A DNA stretch of 64,000 nt, taken from the IMG/VR virus record IMGVR_UViG_3300021431_000084. One strand, written 5' to 3'. This document shows positions 44,999 through 56,303 of the stretch, one piece after another. Position numbers and translations under genes: made by a program. Numbering within the stretch: the stretch's first letter is position 1; each line of letters starts with the position of its first letter. The stretch is from a virus (lineage: Duplodnaviria; Caudoviricetes). The notes beneath the pieces were generated by a model. It ran no database searches. It saw only the letters and a list, made by a program, of their open reading frames with translations, and was not told where the DNA came from.

Positions 44999-45793
44999 TT
45001 ATTCTAATAACTCTTTTAACATCTTTGCCCTAAGAGGATTACGCAATTTTCTATATGCTCTCAATTCTATCTGTCTAATACGCTCCTCACATCTATGAAA
45101 AGTTTTAGCTATTTCCGCAACGGATTTCTCCTCAAAAAAGTGCATTTCTAATATCTGTGCTTCTCTATCTGAGAGAGAACCAAATATCTTCTTGATCCTG
45201 TCAATGCGATCCGCTTCCTCAGCCGCCGCACTTGGAGATTCAATAGAAGTATCTTCAATTAATGCATCAAAGCCATCATCTTCATCTTCATTAATTTGAG
45301 CATTTAAACTTGAAGGCTCATACATTAAAATCATCAATTCCTTCACCTTATCAAGTCCAAATTTAGTCTTTTCTGCTATTTCCTCTTCTTTTGGTTCTCT
45401 CTGCAAAGTTGCATATAACTCTCTTTTGGCGTCTTTAATCTTCTTCAAGTCAGCACTTACATTTTCCGGTCTGGTAATCATATGTCCTTGTTCATATAAA
45501 GCCCTTGTTATTCTCTGTCTTATCCACCAAGTAGCATGTGTACTAAACCTGCATCCTCTTTCAGGATTGTATCTCTTTGCCGCCTCAATGAGACCTATAT
45601 TTCCCTCTTGGATTAAATCCAAAAGGGAAAGACCTCTATTCATAAACTTCTTTGCAATAGAAACGACCAATCTCAAGTTACTATTTATTAACTTTTCTGT
45701 ATCTCCTGTATTTGCAGCTTCTACCTCTTCACCAAAAGTAAGAAGAGGAAACTGAGAAATTTCTTTAAGATACATCTGAACTGAATCGTCCAT
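44999..45793 (-). CDS. Phage sigma-70 family factor (RpoD-like regions 1.2-4)
   Basis: DSVQMYLKEI..PLLT, NLRLVVSIAK, DLIQEGNIGL, RFST.ATWWIRQ, ERIRQIE..A.RKLR. Confidence 0.93.
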   Translation of the reverse strand: MDDSVQMYLKEISQFPLLTFGEEVEAANTGDTEKLINSNLRLVVSIAKKFMNRGLSLLDLIQEGNIGLIEAAKRYNPERGCRFSTHATWWIRQRITRALYEQGHMITRPENVSADLKKIKDAKRELYATLQREPKEEEIAEKTKFGLDKVKELMILMYEPSSLNAQINEDEDDGFDALIEDTSIESPSAAAEEADRIDRIKKIFGSLSDREAQILEMHFFEEKSVAEIAKTFHRCEERIRQIELRAYRKLRNPLRAKMLKELLE

Positions 45794-45868
45794 TCAATTT
45801 CTCCTTTATTTCATTCTATGTTTATATTATATCATAAATAATAATACTTGTCAAGAGAAATTTTTTCA

Positions 45869-46198
45869 TCAAAGACCAAACTTTGCAAGCATATTTGCCA
45901 AATTATCCAGTTCTTCCTGAGAAGGCTCTGTCGGAGTTGGTGCGGTCGTTGGCTTGGGTTCCTCTTCCCACGGCGGTGTTTCACTTGAAGTAACAAGATT
46001 AGATGTCGCTGGCGCGGCCGGGGTCGCCCCAACCATGTTCTTAACTCCGGTGAGCGAGATCGCGATCTGGACCTTTTCACCTCCATCGTCTGCCCATACA
46101 TAAATCTTCTTGTCTTGGGTCGTGATGTATGCATCACCGAATGCCGCAACAATCTGCTTTTCTACTGATTCTTTTGCTTGACTGAACTTAACTGCCAT
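45869..46198 (-). CDS. Hypothetical protein
   Basis: MAVKFSQ start with AGGAG RBS; Pro/Thr linker. Confidence 0.65.
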   Translation of the reverse strand: MAVKFSQAKESVEKQIVAAFGDAYITTQDKKIYVWADDGGEKVQIAISLTGVKNMVGATPAAPATSNLVTSSETPPWEEEPKPTTAPTPTEPSQEELDNLANMLAKFGL

Positions 46199-47556
46199 TA
46201 TTCTTCTCCTCTCTCTCGCATAGTGTCTCCATAACAATTAGTACATAACCACATACCATTTACCTCATACATTGATTCTGAATCATCGTCGAACCACTGA
46301 TTACAACCTTCACAATATGTATGGTGTTCCATCCAACAATACTCACACCAATCATCGCCATTGTCATCAGTCCATCTTTCATCTATATCAGTTCGCTCGC
46401 CGCAGTTGCAACAATAGAAATAATGACTATCATAGTCCGCACATTTATCACAGAACATATATTCTGATTCTGTTATATATTCCTCGTTACAGCTTAAACA
46501 TTTAACCTCACTTCCAATTATAAACTTGGTATTGGGGCTAACCCACAAATATTTATTAAATGTATAAACTGGATCATAACAGGTTGACTTTAACAAATCG
46601 TTATAATGTAGGCAACAACCATCATGACAAGTATCTACAACCAACTTCTTAATAGACTTTAACTTATGTCCTACTGGTATATAAGGATCATCAAGATAAA
46701 TCTCTCCTACTTCAGTATCAACAGAAGTAATCTTCTTTGAACGCCACAAGTTCTCCCAAGTTCCGAATGGGCATACCTTTCTTACAATATCGAGGCCAAC
46801 TGATGATGCAAACGGGTACTGGCGGCCCGCAAACATCATATCTTCTTTGTCAGAAAAGAAGAGCAATACTCTCCACTTCTTATTATTCCAAGGTACATCA
46901 CTTGGAAAACGAGGAAGTTTGGTGTTTTCATCTGACCTCAAATAGCAAACAATTGTACAAGCGTCACCCATGTATGAAAGATTTCCAGCCCTATATTCTC
47001 CATCAAGAGCATGACAAGAACGCCAGCCATGGTCATTTTCACTTGTACTCAAAAAGTCAAGAGGATGAACTGAAAAACAAAGAGTACCCTCAACTTTATT
47101 CAACTGAATAATTCTACTTGCTTCATTTATGAGATGTTCCCTCAACTCCTTATCTTTAACAAAGTGCTTAAAACATCTCATAAGTTTTGTTCCTTCCTGC
47201 ACTTTCTGGTCTCCCTTATCGGTAGGAATAACTAAATCTGACCTTACTACTCTATTTTCAAAAAACCCTTTAACTCCATTAGCTTCCAGAAAATCATGTA
47301 ATTCTAAAAGTCTAAAGCAATTTACTCTATTAAGATAATCAGTAAAATACTTTTCCTGAGCCTTATCATTTAAAGTAATTGCAACCTTTTCAGGATGTGT
47401 CCAAATAAGTCCACCAAAAGCTTCAATAAATTTCTGCTTATTTCGCTGCCACTTTTCAAATAAATCATCGGAATTTATACTTCCCTCATAATCTTGAGAA
47501 TAAGCAATAACCTTATTAAACTGCTCTTGGATTTCCTTATATTCTTCTTTAATCAT
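46198..47556 (-). CDS. Conserved phage protein (S.HPLD..S.N..W.SC family) with C-terminal Zn-finger repeats
   Basis: Paralog of 50821..52605. Confidence 0.7.
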   Translation of the reverse strand: MIKEEYKEIQEQFNKVIAYSQDYEGSINSDDLFEKWQRNKQKFIEAFGGLIWTHPEKVAITLNDKAQEKYFTDYLNRVNCFRLLELHDFLEANGVKGFFENRVVRSDLVIPTDKGDQKVQEGTKLMRCFKHFVKDKELREHLINEASRIIQLNKVEGTLCFSVHPLDFLSTSENDHGWRSCHALDGEYRAGNLSYMGDACTIVCYLRSDENTKLPRFPSDVPWNNKKWRVLLFFSDKEDMMFAGRQYPFASSVGLDIVRKVCPFGTWENLWRSKKITSVDTEVGEIYLDDPYIPVGHKLKSIKKLVVDTCHDGCCLHYNDLLKSTCYDPVYTFNKYLWVSPNTKFIIGSEVKCLSCNEEYITESEYMFCDKCADYDSHYFYCCNCGERTDIDERWTDDNGDDWCEYCWMEHHTYCEGCNQWFDDDSESMYEVNGMWLCTNCYGDTMRERGEE

Positions 47557-48612
47557 TTATGTACCTTCTTTAGTAAATTTATGACCACACACTGGACATT
47601 CATCATCATATTTAGTTTTATCAACCGCTATATCACACATAGGGCACCAAGCCACTTTTTCCAAACAACATTCAGAACAAACAATCTTTGGCTCTTCTTC
47701 TCCAAATAAGTCAAGAGGAACTACTTCATTTTCATAAAATATTCCCTTACAGAAATGACATTGATAAGTTGCTGGTTTAGTGTTAGGTGTTAACTTATGT
47801 CCCTTACCATACGTATCATACCAATCATCTTCATCGTCCCAACCGGGATATGCATATGGAGTAGAATACTTGTACCATTTTCTCGCAAGTATAACATTTT
47901 CAATATAAATATACTTCTTCAAATCTTTAGTATTCAAGATTTTACATACCTTATCAATTGTGTCATACATATCATCTACATTGAGAATTTCTGATATAGT
48001 ATGCTCTCTTATATAACCAATAGAGAGATTAACTCCGGCGATACCCCATATAGGACACAAAATACTAATATCTGTAAAACTACCAAAGTTTTCCTTGAAG
48101 CCATAACTTTCAATAAAATTTACAAATTCCCTATTATCACAATCATAGAATACACAATCATCACTACCTCTACGGTCAAGTTGAATAAGGAACTTTAAAT
48201 CAGATACAGGCTTTTTTACTTCGTCTGCTAACTGAAATGCTCCCAATCCACCTACTTCTTCATTGGTAGTAAAGATGATCGATGGACGCAGTTTAGTTTG
48301 CTGAAGTATTTTCAAGATTGCAAACACTCCTGCCCTATCATCTGCACCCAATCCCTGTGGACTCCATATTACATTTTGTCTTGTATCATAATAAATCTCT
48401 TCCGGGGGTGCCTTAAATACTGTATCCATATGAGCCAACAAACCAATAGGAACATCACCTACCGCATAGATATAATCTTCTGTTGCTATTATCTTCTTAT
48501 ACTTTCTTTTAAGATGGGCGAACAAAAGATTTCTCAACTGCTCTTGCGTCAATTCAGCCAATGCTCTAAATAACTGATAGTCGTTTTCACTCATTATTTT
48601 CTTTTTGTTCAT
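47557..48612 (-). CDS. M20/M28-family zinc peptidase
   Basis: AHMDTV, LGADDRAG, EEVGG.G, DRRG, GSFTD, NLS.GY..EH. Confidence 0.85.
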   Translation of the reverse strand: MNKKKIMSENDYQLFRALAELTQEQLRNLLFAHLKRKYKKIIATEDYIYAVGDVPIGLLAHMDTVFKAPPEEIYYDTRQNVIWSPQGLGADDRAGVFAILKILQQTKLRPSIIFTTNEEVGGLGAFQLADEVKKPVSDLKFLIQLDRRGSDDCVFYDCDNREFVNFIESYGFKENFGSFTDISILCPIWGIAGVNLSIGYIREHTISEILNVDDMYDTIDKVCKILNTKDLKKYIYIENVILARKWYKYSTPYAYPGWDDEDDWYDTYGKGHKLTPNTKPATYQCHFCKGIFYENEVVPLDLFGEEEPKIVCSECCLEKVAWCPMCDIAVDKTKYDDECPVCGHKFTKEGT

Positions 48613-48615
48613 GTG

Positions 48616-49050
48616 TCACCACCAATCTGTATACATTACTACTTCTGTATCCCAATCAACTGTTTGCAAGGCATTTTCACATATCTTTATGGTATCCTCA
48701 AGAGACTTAAAATACCAATCATCATAATGTGTATCTCCGAAGAAAAAACCAGAAGAAGTGGGAAGAAGTTCTGGGGCTTTGTCAGGATGTTTGAGGACTT
48801 CTTCACAAGTTTCTTTTAACTGTTCGATATCCTCTTTAGAAACTTCAACATATTCACAATTTCCATCTTCCGGATAACCACAAACATCTATAAACCATTT
48901 TCTGATAGCGTTAGCTTTTCTCCAATAACCAAGTTCCATAAAAACTTCATCGCAGTCTTCCCATTCTTCTTCTCCGGGAAGGGCTTCAAGAAAATCATTC
49001 ACTATTTTACGATTACCACATTTTAGGTACATATCAAGCCCCATAAACAT
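48616..49050 (-). CDS. Conserved phage hypothetical (MGLDMY...YWRKAN.I..WF)
   Basis: Characteristic motifs including LLPT..GFFFG. Confidence 0.75.
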   Translation of the reverse strand: MFMGLDMYLKCGNRKIVNDFLEALPGEEEWEDCDEVFMELGYWRKANAIRKWFIDVCGYPEDGNCEYVEVSKEDIEQLKETCEEVLKHPDKAPELLPTSSGFFFGDTHYDDWYFKSLEDTIKICENALQTVDWDTEVVMYTDWW

Positions 49051-49116
49051 ATCTCCATTCTTATTTTTTTCTATATATATTATATCATAAAATAAGTATC
49101 TTGTCAATTAAGATTT

Positions 49117-49926
49117 TTATGGTTGAGTATCTAAAGGGTATTTTTCAAAATATTTCTTTGCTTTCTCTGGATCTGCCATGCGGAACGCCAGGTCACACAT
49201 GTGACATGTACCAGTCTTAGTACATTTTTGACCGCAGAACATACGGGTTCTTGTAAATTCTGGAATTATCATTCGATTTGCGGCGTCCTTGTCCCCGAGA
49301 TTATTGATGATCTGGGACAAATTTCCCGGCCACTCGTGTTCTTCTGCATAAATTCTATACAATGCTCTTTCTTTCTTGAGCCAGCTATCCAAATCCTTGT
49401 CAACTGATGGGAAGAACTCAACAACGGAAATATATTCATTATAGAGGGCCAGATCCTCCGGTCTTATCCACGGGCCGCACAATCCATCTGCTCTCGGTAA
49501 CCCATCTACATTTGCTTCATTGGCATATACTCTTACTTCTGGTCTATCCGGTAAATGTTCCAAATCAAAAAAGAGAGGTGCCGTAATATATACATATACT
49601 ACTCCAAGTTCGCGTAGGGCCTGGAGATCATAATAGTTAGAAACTGGTCGTGCGTGATAGAAGTCAATTCTTTCTTCTTTCGCCTTTAAGCAGTCTTGAA
49701 TATTATCAAGACAAAGTACAAAACCTTTTTTCTTAACACTATTCAAGGCTTTAATTTCTTTCCAATCAATTTTATCATTATTTCTATCGTGTCTTAATAT
49801 GATAGTTGCTTTTGGGTATTCATCAAAATAAGACTTAATACCTTTTCTATCACCATACATAAACATGATTTCATCTGCTTTAGCTAAATATTCTTTTGTT
49901 TGCTTTGCTGATAAACAAAACTTCAT
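49117..49926 (-). CDS. Possible U32-like TIM-barrel protein
   Basis: IRPEDL..Y motif and C-terminal C...C....C..C cluster; weak family assignment. Confidence 0.4.
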   Translation of the reverse strand: MKFCLSAKQTKEYLAKADEIMFMYGDRKGIKSYFDEYPKATIILRHDRNNDKIDWKEIKALNSVKKKGFVLCLDNIQDCLKAKEERIDFYHARPVSNYYDLQALRELGVVYVYITAPLFFDLEHLPDRPEVRVYANEANVDGLPRADGLCGPWIRPEDLALYNEYISVVEFFPSVDKDLDSWLKKERALYRIYAEEHEWPGNLSQIINNLGDKDAANRMIIPEFTRTRMFCGQKCTKTGTCHMCDLAFRMADPEKAKKYFEKYPLDTQP

Positions 49927-50207
49927 TCCTTTACCTCCTTTTCAATACGGGATTTCATTTCTTCTACCCCTCTCGTATATCCTTCAAAATAGCCTTGGTC
50001 ATATGCAATCTTTCTCACAGCCTCAATATACTCTAAGGCTTCTTCTGATAAAATTTCTGTGCATATGGGGGCATTTTCAGTAACGGTTGCGGGCATACCA
50101 TGATTTAATAATTCCATAACTGCTTTATATTTGTCCATATTATTCCTCCTCATACTCGAAAAGGGGTCTCAGGTGAGACCCCTCATTGATTTGATATTTA
50201 AGACCTA

Positions 50208-50630
50208 TCAAGCAATCTTGTAAGCCTTAACAGTTCTTGCTCTCTTACCCTCGCCGCCGGGGATCTTTACATCAGTCTTCTCAGCCTTGCCAGCTTCAAC
50301 AAGTGCGTTCAATCTGTATGTAACCTTAGCGATTGTAGCGTTAGGGTCTTCGATCTTTGCAGCGATGTCAGCGATTGTTACGAAATCCTCTGTAAGAGCA
50401 GCAGCAACAGCCTCTGCAAGTGCATCAGGCTCAGCAGCCTTCTCAGCCTTTCTTGCCTTAGCCTTAGCAGCTGTGTTGTCGAGCAACTCGATCTCATGCT
50501 TAGCGAATGTAGCAAGAGCCTCAGCAGGAACCTCTACCTTAGCACCCTCTGCATCTGTGTAAGCAAACTCGCCATTCTCAACATAGTTTACGATTGCTGT
50601 AAATACGTTTCTCTTTGTGAACTTCTCCAT
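50208..50630 (-). CDS. Winged-helix DNA-binding protein, family copy 1
   Basis: T..DIA...T..KV..RL..LV..G..EK; strongly biased codons. Confidence 0.65.
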   Translation of the reverse strand: MEKFTKRNVFTAIVNYVENGEFAYTDAEGAKVEVPAEALATFAKHEIELLDNTAAKAKARKAEKAAEPDALAEAVAAALTEDFVTIADIAAKIEDPNATIAKVTYRLNALVEAGKAEKTDVKIPGGEGKRARTVKAYKIA

Positions 50631-50820
50631 TGTTTTTACCTTTTTAACCTTTCTTTTTTGTTTTTCTTTTATATTTATATTATATCATTTTTTTACTTCT
50701 TTGTCAATGACTTTTTTATTATCTTGTCAAAGAAGTTCACTCTTTGTAAAAAGTATATCTTTCTTACTTTTTACACTTATATTATAACATTTTTTTGTTT
50801 CTTTGTCAAGAAAGTTTTTT

Positions 50821-52605
50821 TTATGCTGCCTCTGTTTTGATAACGAAGTCAGCAAATTCCTTTCCAGCGGCTTTAACCTTAGAAGCTTGAGTATCAAGAC
50901 AAGTGCTACTCAGATTCTCGGCACCATAAATTTTTACAAACTCATTATCACCGTTCAGAAGTGCTTCCCAGCAATAACTTGAGATGTAGTAAGAACGTTC
51001 AGTTCTCCAGAAGGAACAAAATTTATCTACAATTTCTCTACCCAAATCGGTCAATTCATCAGTGAATACCAAATAAGTTTCATTTAAAAGGTAATCCTGC
51101 ATTGCTCTATTTATACCATAACCCTGTCTAAGTCTACCTATCGAGTGAACAGCAGTGCAGAATTTAGCCATATATTCAGATGTATTATTATTTAACTTGT
51201 CCCAATCCAAATCAAGAGAAGTTATTTTATTATTCTCTCTATCATAGATTATAATTTTATCAGAATTGGCAAGTAATTCTCCCTCATTGAAGGGATCTTC
51301 TGGCATATCTTCATAGCAGCTATCACAATAATAACAACCATCTACATAGTGCAAATCTTCCAAATTGTATTCCCAATGTCCGCATTTTTCACAGTAAAAC
51401 TTCTCAGGAGCGCAGTCTTCACATACGAGAGAACTACCCTCTCCATCATCATCGGGGTGTCCATATTCACCACAAGCCATGCAAATGAAATCACCAGAGT
51501 ATCCACAATACAATCTATCTCCACTATGGTCTCCATTGGTTATATAGTAGAAATGACGAGTATATGCTTCTTCAATATCGTTGTACATGAATTGTGTATC
51601 GAACTGGACACTCTCATAACCACCAAAATTATAGCCGTCATTAGGATTCCACTTGCTATACTTTTCCTTGAAATTAGTCCAACCAATATTCTTTTCTACA
51701 AGTTCTCTAATCCATCTAAGACAACCAAGAGTGAGTTCATCATTCTCATAAGGATATGACTTAATATTCATAATAAGTTCAGGATTAACAATGAACAACT
51801 CACGCCACTTCTTGCTATTCCACTCGCCAGAAGCATCAGGCATAGGCATGCTCTCGCTCTTAGACTTAAAGTAACCGACAAGAACCATACCAGAGTTCAT
51901 CATTTCAACTGTACCAGCTCTATAACAACCGCAATCCTGCCATGACATACAAGAAGACCAGTTGTTCTCATTATCACTCATTGTCATATAGTCCAAAGGG
52001 TGAATAGAAAGACAAAGTGTACCCTCAAGCTTTGAAGTATTCAAAGCCATTGAATGGTCAATTCTGAACTTCTCAAAACCCGCTTCAATTCCAAGCCACT
52101 TTACCAACTTGCCAATAAAAGGTACGACCTTAGAACCCTTTTGGACAGAGAACTTCTTAACCTCTCCTTCGGGATTGGTAACCATAAGAGTAAGAGGGCG
52201 TTCAAATCTGTTCGTAGAAAGAGTGTGAGTTCTTGTAATGTCCTCAAGATACCAACGAGGACAATTAACACAAGTTATTCTCTGATCTTCGTCTGACCAA
52301 CTATCTGTAAAACTTCTAAGGGTTTCAATAAAAGGATAGTTAGAAGTAAGAACATTTACCATTCTATCTTCAGTATATTCGATAGGCTCTGAAAAAACAA
52401 AAGGCTTTTCAAGAATAAAATTATTGCCGAGCAATCTATAAAGATACTCGTCCTTCATCTCTGCCCAACCACGCATAAGATATTCAAGTGAAGCAGTTCT
52501 ATCACGCCCCTGCAACGCATAGGCGTTGATATATGCATCCATCATCTTCTTCTCATTCTCAGGAATAGCTTCAAACAAATTCATATCAAATACCTTCTTT
52601 ATCAT
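50821..52605 (-). CDS. Conserved phage protein (SIHPLDYMTMSDN..WSSC family)
   Basis: Paralog of 46198..47556; KKWR and Zn-finger repeats. Confidence 0.7.
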   Translation of the reverse strand: MIKKVFDMNLFEAIPENEKKMMDAYINAYALQGRDRTASLEYLMRGWAEMKDEYLYRLLGNNFILEKPFVFSEPIEYTEDRMVNVLTSNYPFIETLRSFTDSWSDEDQRITCVNCPRWYLEDITRTHTLSTNRFERPLTLMVTNPEGEVKKFSVQKGSKVVPFIGKLVKWLGIEAGFEKFRIDHSMALNTSKLEGTLCLSIHPLDYMTMSDNENNWSSCMSWQDCGCYRAGTVEMMNSGMVLVGYFKSKSESMPMPDASGEWNSKKWRELFIVNPELIMNIKSYPYENDELTLGCLRWIRELVEKNIGWTNFKEKYSKWNPNDGYNFGGYESVQFDTQFMYNDIEEAYTRHFYYITNGDHSGDRLYCGYSGDFICMACGEYGHPDDDGEGSSLVCEDCAPEKFYCEKCGHWEYNLEDLHYVDGCYYCDSCYEDMPEDPFNEGELLANSDKIIIYDRENNKITSLDLDWDKLNNNTSEYMAKFCTAVHSIGRLRQGYGINRAMQDYLLNETYLVFTDELTDLGREIVDKFCSFWRTERSYYISSYCWEALLNGDNEFVKIYGAENLSSTCLDTQASKVKAAGKEFADFVIKTEAA

Positions 52606-52832
52606 TTTTCATATATATATTATATCATAAAAATTAAGAGTTGTCAATAAAGATTTAAACCGCCACTTAAAATGGCGGTTTATGATTGGTTAATCCCAAA
52701 TAGGGATCCAATGGCCGCAAGCTGGGCATACAAAGTGCGGCCATGGCTCTACCCAGATCTCGTAATCTTCATATTCCCAAAGTCTTCCGCAAGTACATTC
52801 TTTTACATACTTCATTTTACTTCACCTTCTTT

Positions 52833-53543
52833 TTATTTGCACTCGCTGCATCGCGTGAGCACGGTCTGGTGCACGTTTCTATAAGTCTTATGTTCTTTTA
52901 CAGTTCCTCTTATATTCTTTTTGGAACCTACTGCCCAATCTTTAGTTGTTGTTGTCCAAACAAACACATTGCCGTCATCAGATCGCATTACGTGCATGTG
53001 CTGGATCCCGTAGTAACCTTCAAGTGTGATATTCTTCTCAACTATTACTTCAACAACAATTCTCTCTCCAATTGTTCCAACGAACTGGGACTCATCTTCA
53101 GGATAAAGAAGAGAATCAAGGTAAACCTTAATCTCACTTTCCTTTTTGAGAGTTTCATCATTGACAGCTACCTTTTCCCACTCAACCTTCTTGAGTGTAA
53201 GACCTTCGGGAAATGCCAACTTATCAACATCAATATCACTTATGAAATACCAGTTGAAAAGATTGTTAAATCTACCACCGTGCTCCTTGATCCAGTCCTT
53301 GTGATCGTAGGACTCGCCGCACACTATGTTTATATATCCCTTATCAAAACCAAGAATGTTCTTCAAAGGCTTTAACTTCTTAACTACTTCTTCTTCTGGG
53401 TACATCTTAGCATACTGAGCTTCAGTATACCATCTAACCTTCTTTTTTGTATCTACATTTATATAGATATATACATAAGACTTTCCATTTTCTATGAAAG
53501 GTTCTCCTACGATTGTATACTTCTGATAAGATTTAGCTACCAT
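52833..53543 (-). CDS. Hypothetical protein with C-terminal OB-fold
   Basis: S.FVG..GER...D.GN.FVW.T...GTVK.H..Y....QT.L.RC. Confidence 0.6.
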   Translation of the reverse strand: MVAKSYQKYTIVGEPFIENGKSYVYIYINVDTKKKVRWYTEAQYAKMYPEEEVVKKLKPLKNILGFDKGYINIVCGESYDHKDWIKEHGGRFNNLFNWYFISDIDVDKLAFPEGLTLKKVEWEKVAVNDETLKKESEIKVYLDSLLYPEDESQFVGTIGERIVVEVIVEKNITLEGYYGIQHMHVMRSDDGNVFVWTTTTKDWAVGSKKNIRGTVKEHKTYRNVHQTVLTRCSECK

Positions 53544-53924
53544 ATTAAAAACCTCACTTTCATTTTCTATATATATTATAGCATAAAAAGTGAGGTTTGT
53601 CAATATAAATTTATTTAATACGACTTTTTCGTTGTCGCAAATAATCCTTGAGATAATACTTCGCCCAAGTTAAAAACTCTATTAACCCATAGAAAGCAAA
53701 ACCGCCCATAAGAGCTAATATCAAAAATACAAGTAACTCATTTGTTGTCATAGCTATATCTATACAAGTCTACACAAGTAATAAAAAACCATAATCCAGT
53801 AGTTATAAACCACGCAATACCACCCTGTCCGCTAATCATATCCCGCAAAGCAGTATAGAGGTTTAACATAAATAATAAACTATCAAGTCCTAACTTTAAG
53901 CATATGAACAAATAAGTTTTAATA

Positions 53925-54152
53925 TCATTCACCGTCTTTTACCTCCACTACAAGAGCTCCAAATGTTACCTCATGTTCATTAACATATTTAGTAGTACAC
54001 AGATCTCCAACTATTGTCATATCCAAAAGCCAATAGGGCATATCACAAAGAAAACCTCTGTAAGCTGGCTCTTTCTCATCATCTTCTGGTTTCCACACTA
54101 TGATATTAGTATCGAACATATCAAAAAGTTTAAGTAATTTTCTTAATTTCAT
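53925..54152 (-). CDS. Small paralog family member
   Basis: MKL..LL...YRGF..DMPY. Confidence 0.55.
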   Translation of the reverse strand: MKLRKLLKLFDMFDTNIIVWKPEDDEKEPAYRGFLCDMPYWLLDMTIVGDLCTTKYVNEHEVTFGALVVEVKDGE

Positions 54153-54154
54153 AT

Positions 54155-54610
54155 TTAAATCTCCTCTTCACATACCGGACACTCATGTCCATTCTCTACA
54201 AACAACTCGGGATAATCAGCGAATAGGATCGGCTCGCCGCACTCAGGACACTCGAACCATAGATCCGCAGTAGCTACTTCATTCTCATCGTCATAGCAAG
54301 ACCGCACACCATAAGTATCAATCATATACTTCACATACTCTTCTGGCGTCTTTATGTTTTCTCCTTTTAAATCTACCTCTTTTGAGATAATTGTATAATT
54401 ATGGAATTCTCTATTATTCTCATTGTCAACAAGAATAACCTCTGTTCCTTCTTCGGTTTCATTTAATTTCAGTTTTGTAGCTTCAACATTAACATCTACC
54501 TTATCATTGATAAAGTAAAGATCAAAAGCACCATTTATTGCTTCCTCTTTTGTAGCATAAGCACCAAGATAGTCATTGTAATTGTCTACTATAATAAAAA
54601 TATAATCCAT
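54155..54610 (-). CDS. Zn-ribbon hypothetical
   Basis: CPECGEPI...CPVCE. Confidence 0.6.
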   Translation of the reverse strand: MDYIFIIVDNYNDYLGAYATKEEAINGAFDLYFINDKVDVNVEATKLKLNETEEGTEVILVDNENNREFHNYTIISKEVDLKGENIKTPEEYVKYMIDTYGVRSCYDDENEVATADLWFECPECGEPILFADYPELFVENGHECPVCEEEI

Positions 54611-55082
54611 AAAACTTTAAACCTCACTTTTATTTTCTTATATATATTATATCATAAAAACAGGGCATTGTAAAGTAAGATTTTATTGATGAACATATGC
54701 TTCACATCTTCTGGGGTAGACTGTGCCCGCACATTCCTCTCCATATCTACAAGTGCCCTTGTCATTATAATGACAGCCAACGCAAAATTGTTTTACTTTT
54801 TCATTAGTTTCCATTACACTTCTTCCTTAATTCTATCTACTACTTTGTTTGCCTTCATTTCAAACACGCGTTCTCTTCCATCAGAAGTGGTTATTACAGA
54901 ATAATCAGGGTTCCTCACATAAGGACGAATGGAAGTTATTTGCGTAACATTTACATATTCATCACCACATAAAAGAAATTTCATATCCAATTTTACCTCT
55001 TTTTCATTTTTCTATATATATTATATCATAAAAAAGAATTTTTGTCAATAAAAATCTCCGGGTTTAATCCCGGAGCTCTTAT

Positions 55083-55421
55083 CTACTTAGTAGAAGCAAT
55101 TATAATTCTCTCATTTTCATCATCGGGTAGATTGATATGCCTGTAATTATATGGATCTATGAGGTTTGGGTCTACTTCCTGCCCATCTATATAGAAAGTA
55201 TATCCATGTTCAATTCCATAATCATATATTTCTTTTCGGGAAGGAATGTCAAAAACCCAATAGCCAACACCACAAATAAGCATCAAAGCTGTTGCAATAC
55301 AACCAATAGTCATAGCAAAATTACTATCAAATATTAAACCAATAGCAAACACTATGAGAGCCACTACCATAAATACTAACAAACCCAAGCCAAAAAAGGC
55401 ACAAATATAAGTATAAACCAT
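55083..55421 (-). CDS. Membrane protein
   Basis: Two N-terminal TM segments, AGGAGG RBS. Confidence 0.6.
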   Translation of the reverse strand: MVYTYICAFFGLGLLVFMVVALIVFAIGLIFDSNFAMTIGCIATALMLICGVGYWVFDIPSRKEIYDYGIEHGYTFYIDGQEVDPNLIDPYNYRHINLPDDENERIIIASTK

Positions 55422-55430
55422 ATATCCTCC

Positions 55431-55883
55431 TTAATCCCAAAGATTTCTATAAGCGTTATCTAACATATCAAGACCGAGCGTATATTCTATATCCGCTGCA
55501 TTAGAAAGCTCTTCCAAAAGTGAAGCATTAAATGGCTCCTCGTAGTAGTCATCATACTCTTGTGCCTTCTTAAAATGATCCACTATTTTTAAAAGATACT
55601 GAGTCCACTCTTCATCATCTTTTATTTTTGTACCATCTTTAAGATAAACAGCATAACCCATATGATTTTCTGCAAGATTAGACAATGCGGCAATTATCAA
55701 ATTTGTATGATAAACATCAAAATTCCACACATCTAAATCACAATAGCCACGAGTGGCTCTTTGCCATGCCCATTTTATTCTTCTGAAGAAATCTACAATA
55801 TTCTTGCCCCAATTTCTTGGGTATCTCCAATAAAGCCAATTATGCTTAAAGACATTTAAGTTATCTTCTTGTGGTATCATCAT
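55431..55883 (-). CDS. Conserved phage hypothetical
   Basis: WQRA.RGY...D.W..D...LWD pattern. Confidence 0.65.
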   Translation of the reverse strand: MMIPQEDNLNVFKHNWLYWRYPRNWGKNIVDFFRRIKWAWQRATRGYCDLDVWNFDVYHTNLIIAALSNLAENHMGYAVYLKDGTKIKDDEEWTQYLLKIVDHFKKAQEYDDYYEEPFNASLLEELSNAADIEYTLGLDMLDNAYRNLWD

Positions 55884-56302
55884 ACTTCTCCTAATCTATC
55901 AAAGTATTCTTCAGAGAGGTGATAATTGTCCACCCCTCTAAGTAACTTCTGCGGCACGCCGGTCTTGCGATAATCACGTACACACTCACGAGGATTTTCG
56001 GAACGCCAGACCGCACAATCAACAGTTATAAACTTGTTCATTATCTCCCATAACTTCCAATTACAATTCTTGCCATAATACTCGAAACGATAATCCTTAT
56101 AATATCCAGTTGCCTTATCAAATACTCTCATTCTGCAATATAAGATACCACCAGAATTATCGTCCCACTTCAAAAAGTGGGTTCCACCCTGTCTGATCTC
56201 AAATCTGCCGAGCCAGAGTTCATCTCTCTTTATATCTCTATTTACTCCCTTAAGAGCAGAAGCTAAATTCTTCTGATACTTCTTTCTCATTCTATTCTTC
56301 AT
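55880..56302 (-). CDS. Hypothetical protein
   Basis: Coupled ORF with D.LW.GRF. Confidence 0.6.
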   Translation of the reverse strand: MKNRMRKKYQKNLASALKGVNRDIKRDELWLGRFEIRQGGTHFLKWDDNSGGILYCRMRVFDKATGYYKDYRFEYYGKNCNWKLWEIMNKFITVDCAVWRSENPRECVRDYRKTGVPQKLLRGVDNYHLSEEYFDRLGEV

Positions 56303-56303
56303 T

